Origin: Felis catus
Taxonomy: Eukaryota
Assembly: GCF_018350175.1 (NCBI RefSeq)
Contig: NC_058368.1
Span: 185,878,001 to 185,942,000, forward strand
Reading direction: 5' to 3'
Length of the DNA: 64,000 nucleotides
Shown here piece after piece: positions 1 through 11,307 of the stretch (positions within the stretch are counted from its first letter, which is position 1; every line of letters begins with the position of its first letter). The translations under genes were made by a program, and so were the position numbers. Below the pieces are notes generated by a model that searched no databases, had not been told where the DNA came from, and was given only the letters and a program-made list of their open reading frames with translations.

Positions 1-71
1 CAGGGTTGTGAGATGGACCCCCACGACCAGCTCCACACTAATAGCACAGAGCCTGCTTGGGATTCTCTCTC

Positions 72-114
<43 letters not shown>

Positions 115-168
115 CCTTCCCCACTCACTCACTCTCAAATTGAATAAATAAACATTACAAAAAAAAAG
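1..168 (+). mobile_element. CanSINE, 3' part (cut by window edge)
   Basis: GAGCCTGCTTGGGATTCTCTCTC, (CT)n, AATAAA, A-tail. Confidence 0.9.
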
Positions 169-949
169 AAAACTCATAACCCTAGAAATCATCACATCTT
201 GTGCTGGATTTTGCCATTACAATTTGAGTCTCACATTGTGAGATGATGAGAAACTTGGACTTATCCTTATGTTTATTAATAGAAAATGATACCTAATTAA
301 CAGTTGGTAATTACGAGATTTCCAGGGCAAGGTCAGTGTGGCTGGAAAAGAATACATTGGAAAGTCTTGGGGTAGCCGTTAGAAGGACAGAAGCTGAAGA
401 GTTGACATTCAGACAGTTAAAGGATTTTGCTTACTTCACTTTTGGGAACGGAGCCAACTCAGCACTGATCTCTGGGATTCTGAGCAGTAGCCTTCCTGTT
501 GGTATGAGAAAGCTATCAGCAGCAATATTCTTCCTCCAAAGAAATTAGAGCCAAGGGACCATCTGATAAGAAGTGGAGAATGTAAGTCCCGTAGGCTGGC
601 AGGAGCAGACCAATTAGCATCTCATTTTCTACCAGAGCTAATTAAGTCATTGCTTGCTGCATTCTGCCTCAGCACCCTTCCGTCTCACATCCATGTGCCT
701 GTTGAGCCTGAGGCTGAAGGTTGTGCTTTACACTCTGCTTCTCTTGGGCTCGGACTCACTTTCCCCCTTGAAATTAATGGACTGAGACAGGTTCCAGTAG
801 TGCTGGGAACTTTTATGTTAGAAAATTCTTGCTTGAGGGTGCTGGTTCCATTGGAGATTGAGAAATTCAGCTGAGAACGGGGCAAGAAAGGATATAAAGG
901 GCAAATTTGAGGTTTCATTCCAGGAGACCACATCACCCTCCAATGGCAA

Positions 950-1160
950 TAATAACTAACATTTATTAAATGTTAATATGAACTAAACACCATACTAGGA
1001 GTTATACATTCATTATTTTATATAGCCCTCACAACCATACCATGAGATAGGCATTTCCACTATTTCACAGAGGAGAAATCAGTTCACAGAGCTAGGAAGA
1101 TACAGCCTGAATTCAAATACAAATCAGATGAACCCAGAGCCAGTGCTCTATCCATTATGG
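950..1160 (-). mobile_element. MIR SINE
   Basis: Degenerate reverse MIR core (ctcacaacc..atgagataggc..tttcacagaggagaaa). Confidence 0.7.
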
Positions 1161-1899
1161 TCTTGGAATAAATACATATTAAACTACTTTTCTCCCCGTT
1201 TTCTTTAATATCAGAAGCCATGGCTCCTTTTCTCCCTTTCAGTTTCCAGGTAAAAATAAATAGATGATATTCAAGAACTAGTAAACCCATTATTAATTAA
1301 TTACTTTAATTAATTGAATTTATATGCTTATATATTTCATATGTTTATATATGGAAATCTATATACATTAAGTTAAATATATTTATGTAAATTATATATT
1401 ATATAAGGACATATAAAATTTTTTCCTGTCAATACAGTTTTAGGATTAAGAGGTGAGAAAATGACAGTGACAACATCAAATATGATGTTCACAATAAGTA
1501 GACAAAGTCAGTTCATTTCATTTCACACCTATTACTTCTTTAGGATAATCCAGTTCCAACTCATCTTCATCATGACCACACTAAGGCCCTCCCAGAGATC
1601 CTATAATCACAGATAATATTAGATTTTTTAGAAGAGCTTCATTATGATAAGACTATATGGTGTATGAAGATTTTATTGAAAAAAAAGGACATTTATACTT
1701 ATCACTTCATTACTCTTGTAGTTGAATTCCCACACTCCGTTTCTAAACCATTCTAGAAAATTAAAGTCTTCTGCATATAATTTGTGATTTGTTCAAAAGT
1801 TTTCCTCTTTGCTCAAATAAAATGTGTGTGGATACATACATATATAAGTGTGTATAAAAAGGTGTCTATATGCATAATAATTTATGGCCTCACTTCTAG

Positions 1900-2090
1900 A
1901 GACCTTCAGATCTCAGTATAAATTCTCCTTACTTGCTGGGTAAACTTGGGAAAATTACTTAAGCTCTCCAAGCCTTGCTTTCCCATATTTGTTAGAGCTT
2001 CTGGAAGGATCAAATGAAATAACTGCATGCAAAGCACTAAGCATATTGCCTGGCTTATGATAAGCAAACCCTGAATAGTTCTGTTATTAT
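1900..2090 (+). mobile_element. MIR SINE
   Basis: cttgggaaaattacttaagctctc..gatcaaatgaaataa..aaagcactaagcatattgcctggc. Confidence 0.7.
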
Positions 2091-2314
2091 TTATAATTTT
2101 CCTCTGGGATCACAGTTTGGTCAACTTATCCATCTTATGTATAAGAAGCTGCAACGGATTACAAAGGTTTCTGAACTTTTTTTCAGTTTCATTTGTGATG
2201 GTATCACTCCTCATTTTCTTTCTTCCTCATCATTTCAATTATCACCAACTCTCTGCCTGTAGTGGTAACAAGTTTTGCTATTGAGCATAAAGGGAAAAAT
2301 AAATTAAGTATGAG

Positions 2315-2866
2315 TGTATTAACCATATCTTTTTTTTTTTTTTTTATTCTGATGCTTTGACATCCAAGACCTTGCTGACCCTGGAGGGCCTGTTTCTCCC
2401 AGGGTTAGCCGATTCCTAGAGATAATAAAAACTTGCTCAAGATCACCCTTTTCCAATGTACACCAACCATTCAGAGCTCACACTCTCAACCACTTCCTTT
2501 ATGGGGCTCTCACACTGAGCCGATCCCCTTACCCTAATCATGCCAGAGGTTGGGGCACACAACTAAAGACAGCCCCGGTGCACTAAAGACCGCTGAAATT
2601 ATTCAAATTATCCACTCCTAAGCATGCTTCCTCTGCCTCACTCTTGTTTCCCATGGAAACTACTACCAAGGCTATTGACTATATTTCTCTCCCCACTCCC
2701 TCTGCCTCCTGGCTGATCCCAGTGCTTCCCTATGTGCTGCCCATGGTGTGACATCCTCATTCTCAAGGGATCTGTGCATGTAAGAAACTAATTTTCAATG
2801 GCATTCATCTCCTGATCTGTTGGCTTTGCCATACCTAAATAACACTAAAACTTATATTTTAAAACA
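2315..2866 (+). mobile_element. Solo ERVL-class LTR (MER74-like)
   Basis: TG...CA termini; perfect 5-bp TSD ATGAG at 2310-2314 and 2867-2871; TGTATTAACCAT..GATGCTTTGACATC..CCTTGCTGACCCTGGAG resembles the MER74 start as recalled. Confidence 0.8.
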
Positions 2867-4358
2867 ATGAGTAATTCCAAGCTTAGTAACAAATATATCT
2901 CCTTTTCATGTGACTGTAGGGACTCTGAAAATAGGGACGATGTCTGCACAAAGCCAAGTGATGCTCAGTAATTATTTGTTGAATGAATAAATTCACTGCA
3001 TATCTAAAATATGCTGACATATATCTTTATTGGAGAGATTGTCTGCATTGTTAAAAGTTGAATGCATGTATACTCTCATATTGTATGTCTCCTAGCTTGT
3101 TCCCTAACAGGAATTTGTTTGGTTACTTAAATGCATATAAATATGCTAATTTGTTATACCAATGGAAAAAACATGGCCCAGAGTAAAAGAACAGTCCTTT
3201 TAGGGCTCTGGAACACTGCCAAAGTAGGTTGAAGAAAGGGTTCAAGGTTAGGTGTCCTTAACTTTTGACGGAGGAGAGAAGATACATCATATTCTATCAG
3301 CCACATAATGCTGTTGGCAAGCTTCCTGAGGCTTCTTTCTTACTAAGATGTGATTTTTTTTTTAACAATTTGCATGCTATTAGACAGGCTCTTTGGCAAG
3401 AGACAACCATTTCTGATGAATCCTTGGCTCAAGGCGTACCAAAGATTTAGAGAGAGGGTGGATCTTGCCATCCTGGAAGAGCAAACAGTATGGAAATAAC
3501 CCGGATACTAGTTTTGGGGAATTACCACAACAGGGACTCTTGGAAATACTAAAGACTAAATCCAATATGTCTTTCTGCTTTCTCTAGCATCTGCTCTGGC
3601 AGGTTGAGAAATAATATTAAACGGACTTATTTTACCCAGGCTAATTCTGTTTCTGCTTTCAAGTGCTTCATTTACAATCTGTATTCAATAAATATATGCT
3701 TTAAAAACGTATATCTATGTTTAACACATGATTCTGTGTTTAGATGCATCTTTTCTGATGAAGTCACCTAAGAAACAACCAACTCATTAAGCTTTTCTTG
3801 CTAAACAAGTTGAAATTTTCCTTAAGAAGCCAAACTTACATTAATGTTTTTTTTTTAATCTCACATGTACCTTAGGACATTGTCATAAAACTATAAGCTT
3901 CATTTAAAAACAGATTCTAATATAGGGAAAATTATGAAAGACTGAAAAGGACCGAAAGATTATTGAGTGTCCTGTCCTGTACTCCTCTCCACGTTATCTC
4001 TGCTTTTCATTACTTTTGAGCTATTTTAAAAGCCTTTAAGTTGGAGGAAACTAATAGTTACACAAAGGTCCTTGTCCATGACAGTGTAAATTACGTCCAT
4101 TGGAGATTTAGTTAATTGATGCCCTGTGGATATTGACCAGTTGTCCTAGTTCTGCCTCTCTTAAGTACATTCATTTCAGCGTTCCGAATAGGCCAGTACG
4201 GTCACACAGTCACCTTCCCTTTAGATTTTCTTTGGAGAATCTAAAGTAACATCTTACTGGATTCTCTCCTTAATTAATGAGTTAAATACCAAGTTTTGAC
4301 CTGTGCTCATTTTATATCTACATGATTATACCCTCTTTTGAAAATGTTATCTTTAAAC

Positions 4359-4573
4359 TTTTTTTTTAAGTTTATTTATTTTGAGAGAGAGAGAGAGAGT
4401 GGGGGAGGGACAGAAAGAGGGAGATAGAATCCCAACCAGGCTCTGCACTGTCAGCACAGAGCCAGATGTGGTGCTCAACCTCAGGAACTGAGTCAATCTC
4501 ATGAACTGTGAGTTCATGACCTGAGCCAAAACCAACAGTCAGATACTTAACCCACTGAGCCATCTAGGCGCCC
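4359..4573 (-). mobile_element. CanSINE
   Basis: Full body; 20-bp TSD TGAAAATGTTATCTTTAAAC (4339-4358, 4574-4593); short internal duplication (ctca-g/t-gaactg twice). Confidence 0.95.
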
Positions 4574-5489
4574 TGAAAATGTTATCTTTAAACACTAGTA
4601 TTGTACAAAAACAAAACAAAACAAAATCTCTGGTTGGGGGTGGGGGTTAGATAAATAACAAAGGCATAGCCCCTGCAATTCATGCCTGTCTAAATGGCTA
4701 ATTTGATAGAGGCATAGATTCTCCCAAGGCTCAACTCAGGAGTAGTTTCTAGTACTAGATGGTGAAACTTTTTTTCATTCTTCCAAGAGAAGTTAATGAT
4801 TTCCTCAATAGTTTCTTTCCAAGTGACTCCCTGGAGCTAAGCCCTTACAGCTTCCTTCCCAGACTGCAGCAATTTCTTTGGTGCCTCTTGAAAAACTTCA
4901 TTCCAACTATTGGAACAATTTCTGCAATTATCTTGCATTTAGAGTTTCCAATCTAAAAAAAGTATACAATGTATTGCATTGTTTTGTGCACAACACCTTA
5001 TACTTCAGCAGGTAAGGCAACAATTACCAAATCAATTTCTCCAGCGTGTTACCTTTAGAGATGGAACATCCTGGCTTTTGTTTCTGCTTTTTATGGAGTC
5101 TTTTAAACTGCTCTTGTATTCCACTCAATTGTGCTTGTGAGTGCTTAAGACGATCATTAATGCTTTATGAAGTGGTGCGTTATTTGTTCAATGAAATTCA
5201 AAATCTGTTCTAAACAATTTCAAATCAGAGGTGACTGACTGCCGGGAACATTTACAAATACCTCTGTCTTAGGATGGTTAAATGCGCAACCAAATAGACA
5301 GCAACCTCTGGGCAGAGTAAGTTACATTTCTCTTAACTAAAATTTACTTTTGCCTTAAGCAGACTAAAATAATTGAAAAAAATTTAAACCTGAACAGGTT
5401 AAGAGGAAGATGTAAATGTGACTACTGAAGTGATATCCCAAATAATGCAATGTATTTATTATATTCTGGTTGGGAGATAGCTTTCACAT

Positions 5490-5700
5490 TGGATAATCTT
5501 AGATTTGTTTATAAACCCTCAGTTTATTAGCTGTGAGATATAGACAAGTTTCTCACTACCTCAAGTATGAGATTCTTCATATGTAAAATTAAGATAACAA
5601 TATTCATGAAGTTTTATGAGGGTGATTTACATGAATTTTTATGAGGGTGATTTACATAAGGCATGAAAATACTTAACATAGTATTGACACATACTAAATA
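5490..5700 (+). mobile_element. MIR SINE with internal 25-bp tandem duplication (5605-5657)
   Basis: ttagctgtgag..acaagtt..cttcatatgtaaaatt; unit CATGAA(G/T)TTTTATGAGGGTGATTTA present twice. Confidence 0.7.
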
Positions 5701-5952
5701 CATGATAAACACCAGTTATTTTTATCTGATATATTAATTAAAAAGTCAGAGCTTGAATTGAATTCCCTGATTAGGTATATCCATTGATTTCTAATGCCAA
5801 GTGCAATGCCTTGTACACAGTAGAACAGTCCATGGTATTTCTTGGCTGAATGATTTATTACATTCCTGAACATAATGAATTCCATCCCTGAATATAAGAG
5901 GTTTGAGCAATGATGGTAACGGTAAAAAAAAAGTAAGCAGAAAATGAGGCCC

Positions 5953-6137
5953 AGGCTTCTGGGTGGCTTAGTCTGTTAAGTGTCTGACTTCAGCTCAGGC
6001 CATGATCTCACAGTTTGTGGGTTCAAGCCCCATGTTGGACTCTGTACTGACAGCTCAGAACCTGGAGTCTGCTTCTGATTCTATGTCTGTCTCTTTCTCT
6101 GCCCCTCTCCTGCTTGTGTGTGTGCACACGTGAGCTT

Positions 6138-6176
<39 letters not shown>

Positions 6177-6190
6177 AATAAACTTTAAAA
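5953..6190 (+). mobile_element. CanSINE
   Basis: ctgggtggcttagtctgttaag head, (CT)n, AAAAATAAA tail. Confidence 0.93.
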
Positions 6191-6204
6191 ATGGGAAGTA
6201 AAAT

Positions 6205-6924
6205 GAGACAAAATACAAGTATGAAAAGCAAACTTACAGGTTTTTATTGGGGCTGGGGGCTGATTTTCCCCAATTATTATCTCAGGATAATTGCATGTGT
6301 CAGAAGGAATCCTTTTAGAGACAAGATAAAAATGTAAGCAATAAGTGGATGAAAAAGGAAGGAAGGATATGCAAAGTATTTCTTTTTTCTGGGTGAAATA
6401 CTGAAACATAAAATGGCTAAATAAATTTTTATGGACTGCACTAGGAGTAACTTTATGAGTATAAATAAGTTTATTGGATAAATGAGTCGTATCCATTAGA
6501 GCTGACCAGGTGAACAACTACCTGCCATGCAGACAGGCTGGTTTGAGAACAGGAGTGTCTGGGAGACTCAGAAAGAAGAGGAGAATGAGTCTCGTTGTTG
6601 CTTGGGGTTAGAGGTTTATATTGGAAAGGGGTCTATGGTATGTGTTCCTTCAGGAATCATAGGGTAGGGTCCAGTCAATGGTGAATGCCAGGAAACAATA
6701 GGTGTGTTTTTAGAAATCACCAAGGGTAAGGTGTATTGATGCCAACCTCAGCCAAGATTTGTTTGAAACTAATATCTTGGAACATGTTTGGGATCTGGCT
6801 CTCCTTAGGTGTTATCAGATGTTTGGGTCCTAGGACAAAGTTCAGAAAATGATGAACTTTCTTGTTTCCCCCTTGAAGTGGGAACATGGCTTCTTTGGCT
6901 TGGTCAGAGGCAAAATACACAACA
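6205..6924 (-). mobile_element. Possible ERV LTR, family unassigned
   Basis: Antisense AATAAA (tttatt at about 6243), antisense TATA-like motif near 6616, ends in ACAACA; boundaries uncertain and no TSD confirmed. Confidence 0.35.
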
Positions 6925-8384
6925 TGAGTAAATGGGACCCAGCAGAAAAACAGCAGAGATGGAGCCTATTTGAAATGGAGTACCTTCAGCTTCCTACCTC
7001 ACCTGGAAATTCTTTTGCTGCTTATTGAATTTGTTTAGTGATAGTCTCCTGTTGCTATCCTGATGGAAGCACATGGGTAGAACTTCAGAGTGTTAACAAA
7101 TTAAAAAGCAAAAAAAAAAAAAAAAAAAAAGCAAAGCACTTAGAAGTTGAGGAATCAGAAACCTGTATCATGAGATGAAGTCGATAGAATAACAAATATT
7201 TAGCTTGAAGAAGAAAAGACCCAAGATGATATAACTATCTTGAAATACTTGAGCTTCTTAATGAATTAAACTTGATTATACTTATTCAGCGAGACTCCTG
7301 AGAGGTAGCTGAGAGCCATGGCTGCCATTTAAGAACAGATGAACTTGTAAAACATACACGCTACCCATCATGGTAATAAACCTCCTCATCAGAGAATTTC
7401 AAGTAGATGCTGGACCATCATATCTTAGGGATATTACAGGGTTGGAATAGATAAATGTGAAGGCCCTGACACCCCCAAGATTCTGTGTTTTATTACTGTT
7501 TAATTCCAGTAAGTGTTGTCAAGTTTTCAGACTCCAGGCTGGTTTTGCATGCATCAGAAAAGTCTCAGACAAATTTAGAGCCCAGAATTTTTTCTACTTA
7601 TTCCATAAGACAATAGAATATGTGGTTCCCAACTTATATTCCTCTCACTTCATTTATCATGACTGGAATCAAATTGGAATATAATATTTGTCTATTATAC
7701 TAATCCTCAGTGAGCAATTCTCATCCCACTGGGATCCTTTTGGAATAGGGAAAAATCTGACTTTAGGATGACAACCTGATTTTTCGCTTCTCATTCACCC
7801 AGAACACAATAATTTTGTTCTTGTAACTGTTACCGGTTCTCCCAGAGAGATTCACCCAGCACATCCCCATGCTGGCTATTTCCTTTTCCCTATGGATGAT
7901 ATTACTCAATTTTTATATTTAGACACATTCAGGCTACCTCATAGAAGTTTCTGAGCTCTGCTAACAATGGGATCTTACCAGACATTAGCTGGTAATAGGA
8001 GACAAGTTTGGGGCAGTTGACAAAATAGAGAGTGATAAATGCAAGAGAGAGCCCTGACCCTAGCTATTTGAGTAAATTTAGTTTCAGACACTTCAGTCTT
8101 CTAAACTTCAGCCTCTTTCTCGGTGCCATGTGATTGTTTCTGCCCTGTTTTTTTTTAATGAGTAGTTTTGATGCTTAAACAAGTCAGTGTATTTGGGAAA
8201 ACTTCCTATAAAATACAAATTATTGCTAAAACATGAGGGATGCAGAAGATGGTGATTGTTTGCAATATCAAATCAGTTTATGAATGTGTTCTCTACAATG
8301 TACATACAATATACCTCAAAGTTATATATGTGTGATAATTCTTGTTGCTTCTTTTGAGTTGGGATAGTAAGGGTTTTTGTTAGG

Positions 8385-8585
8385 AGACCCTAATTCTAGG
8401 TCTGCTGCTCTGTGATGTTGGGCAAATTCCCAAACTTTTCTGAGCCTTAGTTTTCTTACTTGTAATAAGGAGATATTAGGAGTTCCTGATAGAATTTTGA
8501 TAACAGTTAAGAAAGTCAGTCATATGGAAAGCATTTAGCACAGAGCCAGGCATATCATAAGCATTCAGAAAGTAATTGTTAGCCT
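8385..8585 (+). mobile_element. MIR SINE
   Basis: tgtgatgttgggcaaatt..tctgagccttagttttcttacttgtaa..aaagcatttagcacagagccaggcata. Confidence 0.8.
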
Positions 8586-9256
8586 TGACTCTAGAGTTTA
8601 AACAGCAGTACAAATCATATGTAGCAATAGTTGGCTTAAGCCCTTTAAAACTGCAGTTTTCTTTTTTCCCACTTCATTAGAGGCAAGATGAAACAGTATT
8701 ACCTTAACTATTCTTCCCAGAGATCACTAAGATCCTAAGTGTTCTTCTGTTGTTGTTGTTTTTTTTGTTTGTTTGTTTGTTTAGTCAATAAATGATAAGA
8801 TGATTTCCTAGAAGCACAAGGTGGCTTGTTGCACTAGTAGTTTTCAGAAGACAGGGAGGCTGACTTTTTCCCGTGCCTTTGAAGATACAGTGCCATCATT
8901 TGTAATGTAGATAAGTCTCCTCTGTCTACTCCTCACTTCCATTTCTTAACATGCATCCTTGTGGGGGAAGATCCTGGCAAACGTCAGGCTGTGGAAAGGA
9001 ATGATAAAAGGCAATGATAGCAAAGAAAAAAATGGCAGGAAGTAAAAGTATGTCCCCCTCTGTGGGTAGAGAGGGTGGCTCCTCTTGTTCCCTCCACATG
9101 GCCTTTTTAAAGACTATCACAGCCTGGCAGGGAGAGAACTTTCAGTGTTAACAATAATGGCATTATTATTCCCTTGAGATGTTTTGGTCCTTTGGAATTC
9201 TTCTCTTTCTTTTATGGGGCAGGTAGTAAAACAAAGCAGCCCATGTGGTTCTCAGT

Positions 9257-9482
9257 TTTTAAAATTTTTTTTTTCAACGTTTTTATTTATTTTTTGGGAC
9301 AGAGAGAGACATAGCATGAACGGGGGAGGGGCAGAGAGAGAGAGGGAGACACAGAATTGGAAACAGGCTCCAGGCTCCGAGCCATCAGCCCAGAGCCCGA
9401 CGCGGGGCTCGAACTCACGGACCGCGAGATCGTGACCTGGCTGAAGTCGGACGCTTAACCGACTGCGCCACCCAGGCGCCCC
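9257..9482 (-). mobile_element. Young feline CanSINE (SINEC_Fc type)
   Basis: CpG-rich body; perfect 16-bp TSD CCATGTGGTTCTCAGT (9241-9256, 9483-9498). Confidence 0.97.
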
Positions 9483-9758
9483 CCATGTGGTTCTCAGTAA
9501 GATTTCCATTGCTCATGTCTGGGTCCTAGTAAGAATGCAATATTCATTGAATAAATGAATGAGTGAAATAGCAGTGCTTTGACTCAAAACAGATGTTGCA
9601 AATAGCAGAAAACCTGTTACAGATGGACTCCAATAGTTACTGCTCACAGTAAAATCAATGTTACTAAGTGGAACTTTCTGTCAGATTCCACTATAGAAGA
9701 AAAGCAGGGGACCTATGCAAATTAGCTGTTACAGTCCACTAAACAAATTAAATACAGT

Positions 9759-9826
9759 AATAAAATAAAATAAAATAATACAATAAAAGAAAATAATAAA
9801 ATAAAATAATAAAAATAAAATAAAAT
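9759..9826. repeat. Imperfect (TAAAA)n
   Basis: Read directly. Confidence 0.85.
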
Positions 9827-9828
9827 AT

Positions 9829-10050
9829 GGGCGCCTGGGTGGCTCAGTGGGTTAAGCATCTGACTTCGGCTCGGGTCATGATCTCGACGTTTGTGAGTTC
9901 AAGTCCCATATCCAGCTCTGTGCTGACTGCTCAGAGTCTGGAGCCTACTTCTGATTTTGTGTCTTCCTCTCTCTGGTCCTCCCCCACTCATGCCCTGGTT
10001 CTTTCTCTCTCAAAAATAAATAAAACATTAAAAAAATTTAACAAAAAAAT
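9829..10050 (+). mobile_element. CanSINE embedded in a (TAAAA)n tract
   Basis: GGGCGCCTGGGTGGCTCAG head and A-tail; TAAAA repeats on both sides. Confidence 0.95.
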
Positions 10051-10060
10051 ACAATAAAAC

Positions 10061-10127
10061 AAATAAAATAAAATAAAATAAAATAAAATAAAATAAAATA
10101 AAATAAAATAAAATAAAATAAAATAAA
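10061..10127. repeat. (TAAAA)n microsatellite
   Basis: Perfect pentanucleotide run. Confidence 0.95.
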
Positions 10128-10129
10128 TC

Positions 10130-10830
10130 CATCCTGAAAAATCAGAGGAAAACTTTGAAAAATATTTTATGTAAAAACAAGAGGGGATTATAAAAGATGT
10201 CCAATCTATGAAACTAAAGCAAGCAAGTGTGAAGTATGGGAAATATAAATTAGAAAAATACATTTGATGAGAAATACAATTACTAAATTACAAATGAAGA
10301 TAGAAAAAATCAAGCAATTATAGAAGATAAAAAATAGATTTGGGGGGGACAAAAGGTCATACAAGATAAGAATAAAGTGACAGAATAGTTGAAAGACATG
10401 AATAGGTTCAGGAGTTCCAGTTTCTATATATGAGGATTACTTGATTTGGGAAGAAGGGGCACAGTGTTGCCAAGAACGCACAGAGAAGAAATATTCAGTG
10501 AAATAATAGAGTGTACTCAAATATCTTCCTGAAGGGAAGGTTTGACGATTGCAGATCAAAAAAGTTCACAACGTTAAAACAATTCAGACCTAGATATTTT
10601 ATTTTAATTTTATTTAATTCAAGGATAAAGAACATATAATCTTTAGATATCAAGGAATATATTAAAGTCATATGTATAGGAAAAAATCACTCTCTTAAGC
10701 TTTGCTTCTAGAGTACAAAACACCAGAAAGAATGTAATCATGCTGATAGTTTGGAGAAAAAGAATTGTAACTCAGGATATCTGTAGTGATTTAAGTCATG
10801 GTTTATATGCAAATATATATACACATATAT
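10130..10830 (+). mobile_element. Ancient L1 ORF1-like or HAL1 remnant
   Basis: A-rich; traces of ORF1p motifs: gaagaaatattcagtgaaataata (EEIFSEII), ttgcagatcaaaaaagttcac (LQIKKVH, compare LQIERAH), cctagatatttt (PRYF), aaggataaagaa (KDKE). Confidence 0.55.
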
Positions 10831-11072
10831 AACACATGTATTACTTGCATAAATGTGTGTGTGTAGAAATCTTAGGAATAAGCAAAACAAAACTATTATA
10901 AATCATTTGTGATGGAAATACACATATGCATACGTAGCTGCCTAAAAAATGAATTAAAAAATTCAAGATTAGGTAGGTGATGGTAAAAAACATTTGATAA
11001 TGCTCAATGAAGCCAATTGTCCAAAGTGTAATGTTGTAAAGCTGAATCTTCCCTGAATAGAACTGTTTTAAA

Positions 11073-11307
11073 TTCTTTTCTTTTTAATTTTTTTTTAACA
11101 TTTATTTATTTTTTAGAGACAGAGAGAGAGAGACAGAACATGAGCAGGGGAGGGGCAGAGAGAGACAGGGAGACACAGAATCCCAAGCAGGCTCCAGGCT
11201 CCGAGGCATCAGCACAGAGCCTGACGCGGGGCTCGAACTCACGAACCGAGAGATCATGACCTGAACCGAAGTTGGACACTTAACCGACTGAGCCACCCAG
11301 GCACCCC
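11073..11307 (-). mobile_element. CanSINE
   Basis: Full body ending CCCAGGCACCCC. Confidence 0.95.

Noticed and set aside
9184..9509. Recurrent ORFs such as GAPGWRSRLSVRLQPGHDL.. and GAWVAQ..SAQVMIS.. found throughout the window
   Set aside because: They are translations of CanSINEs, not a gene family.
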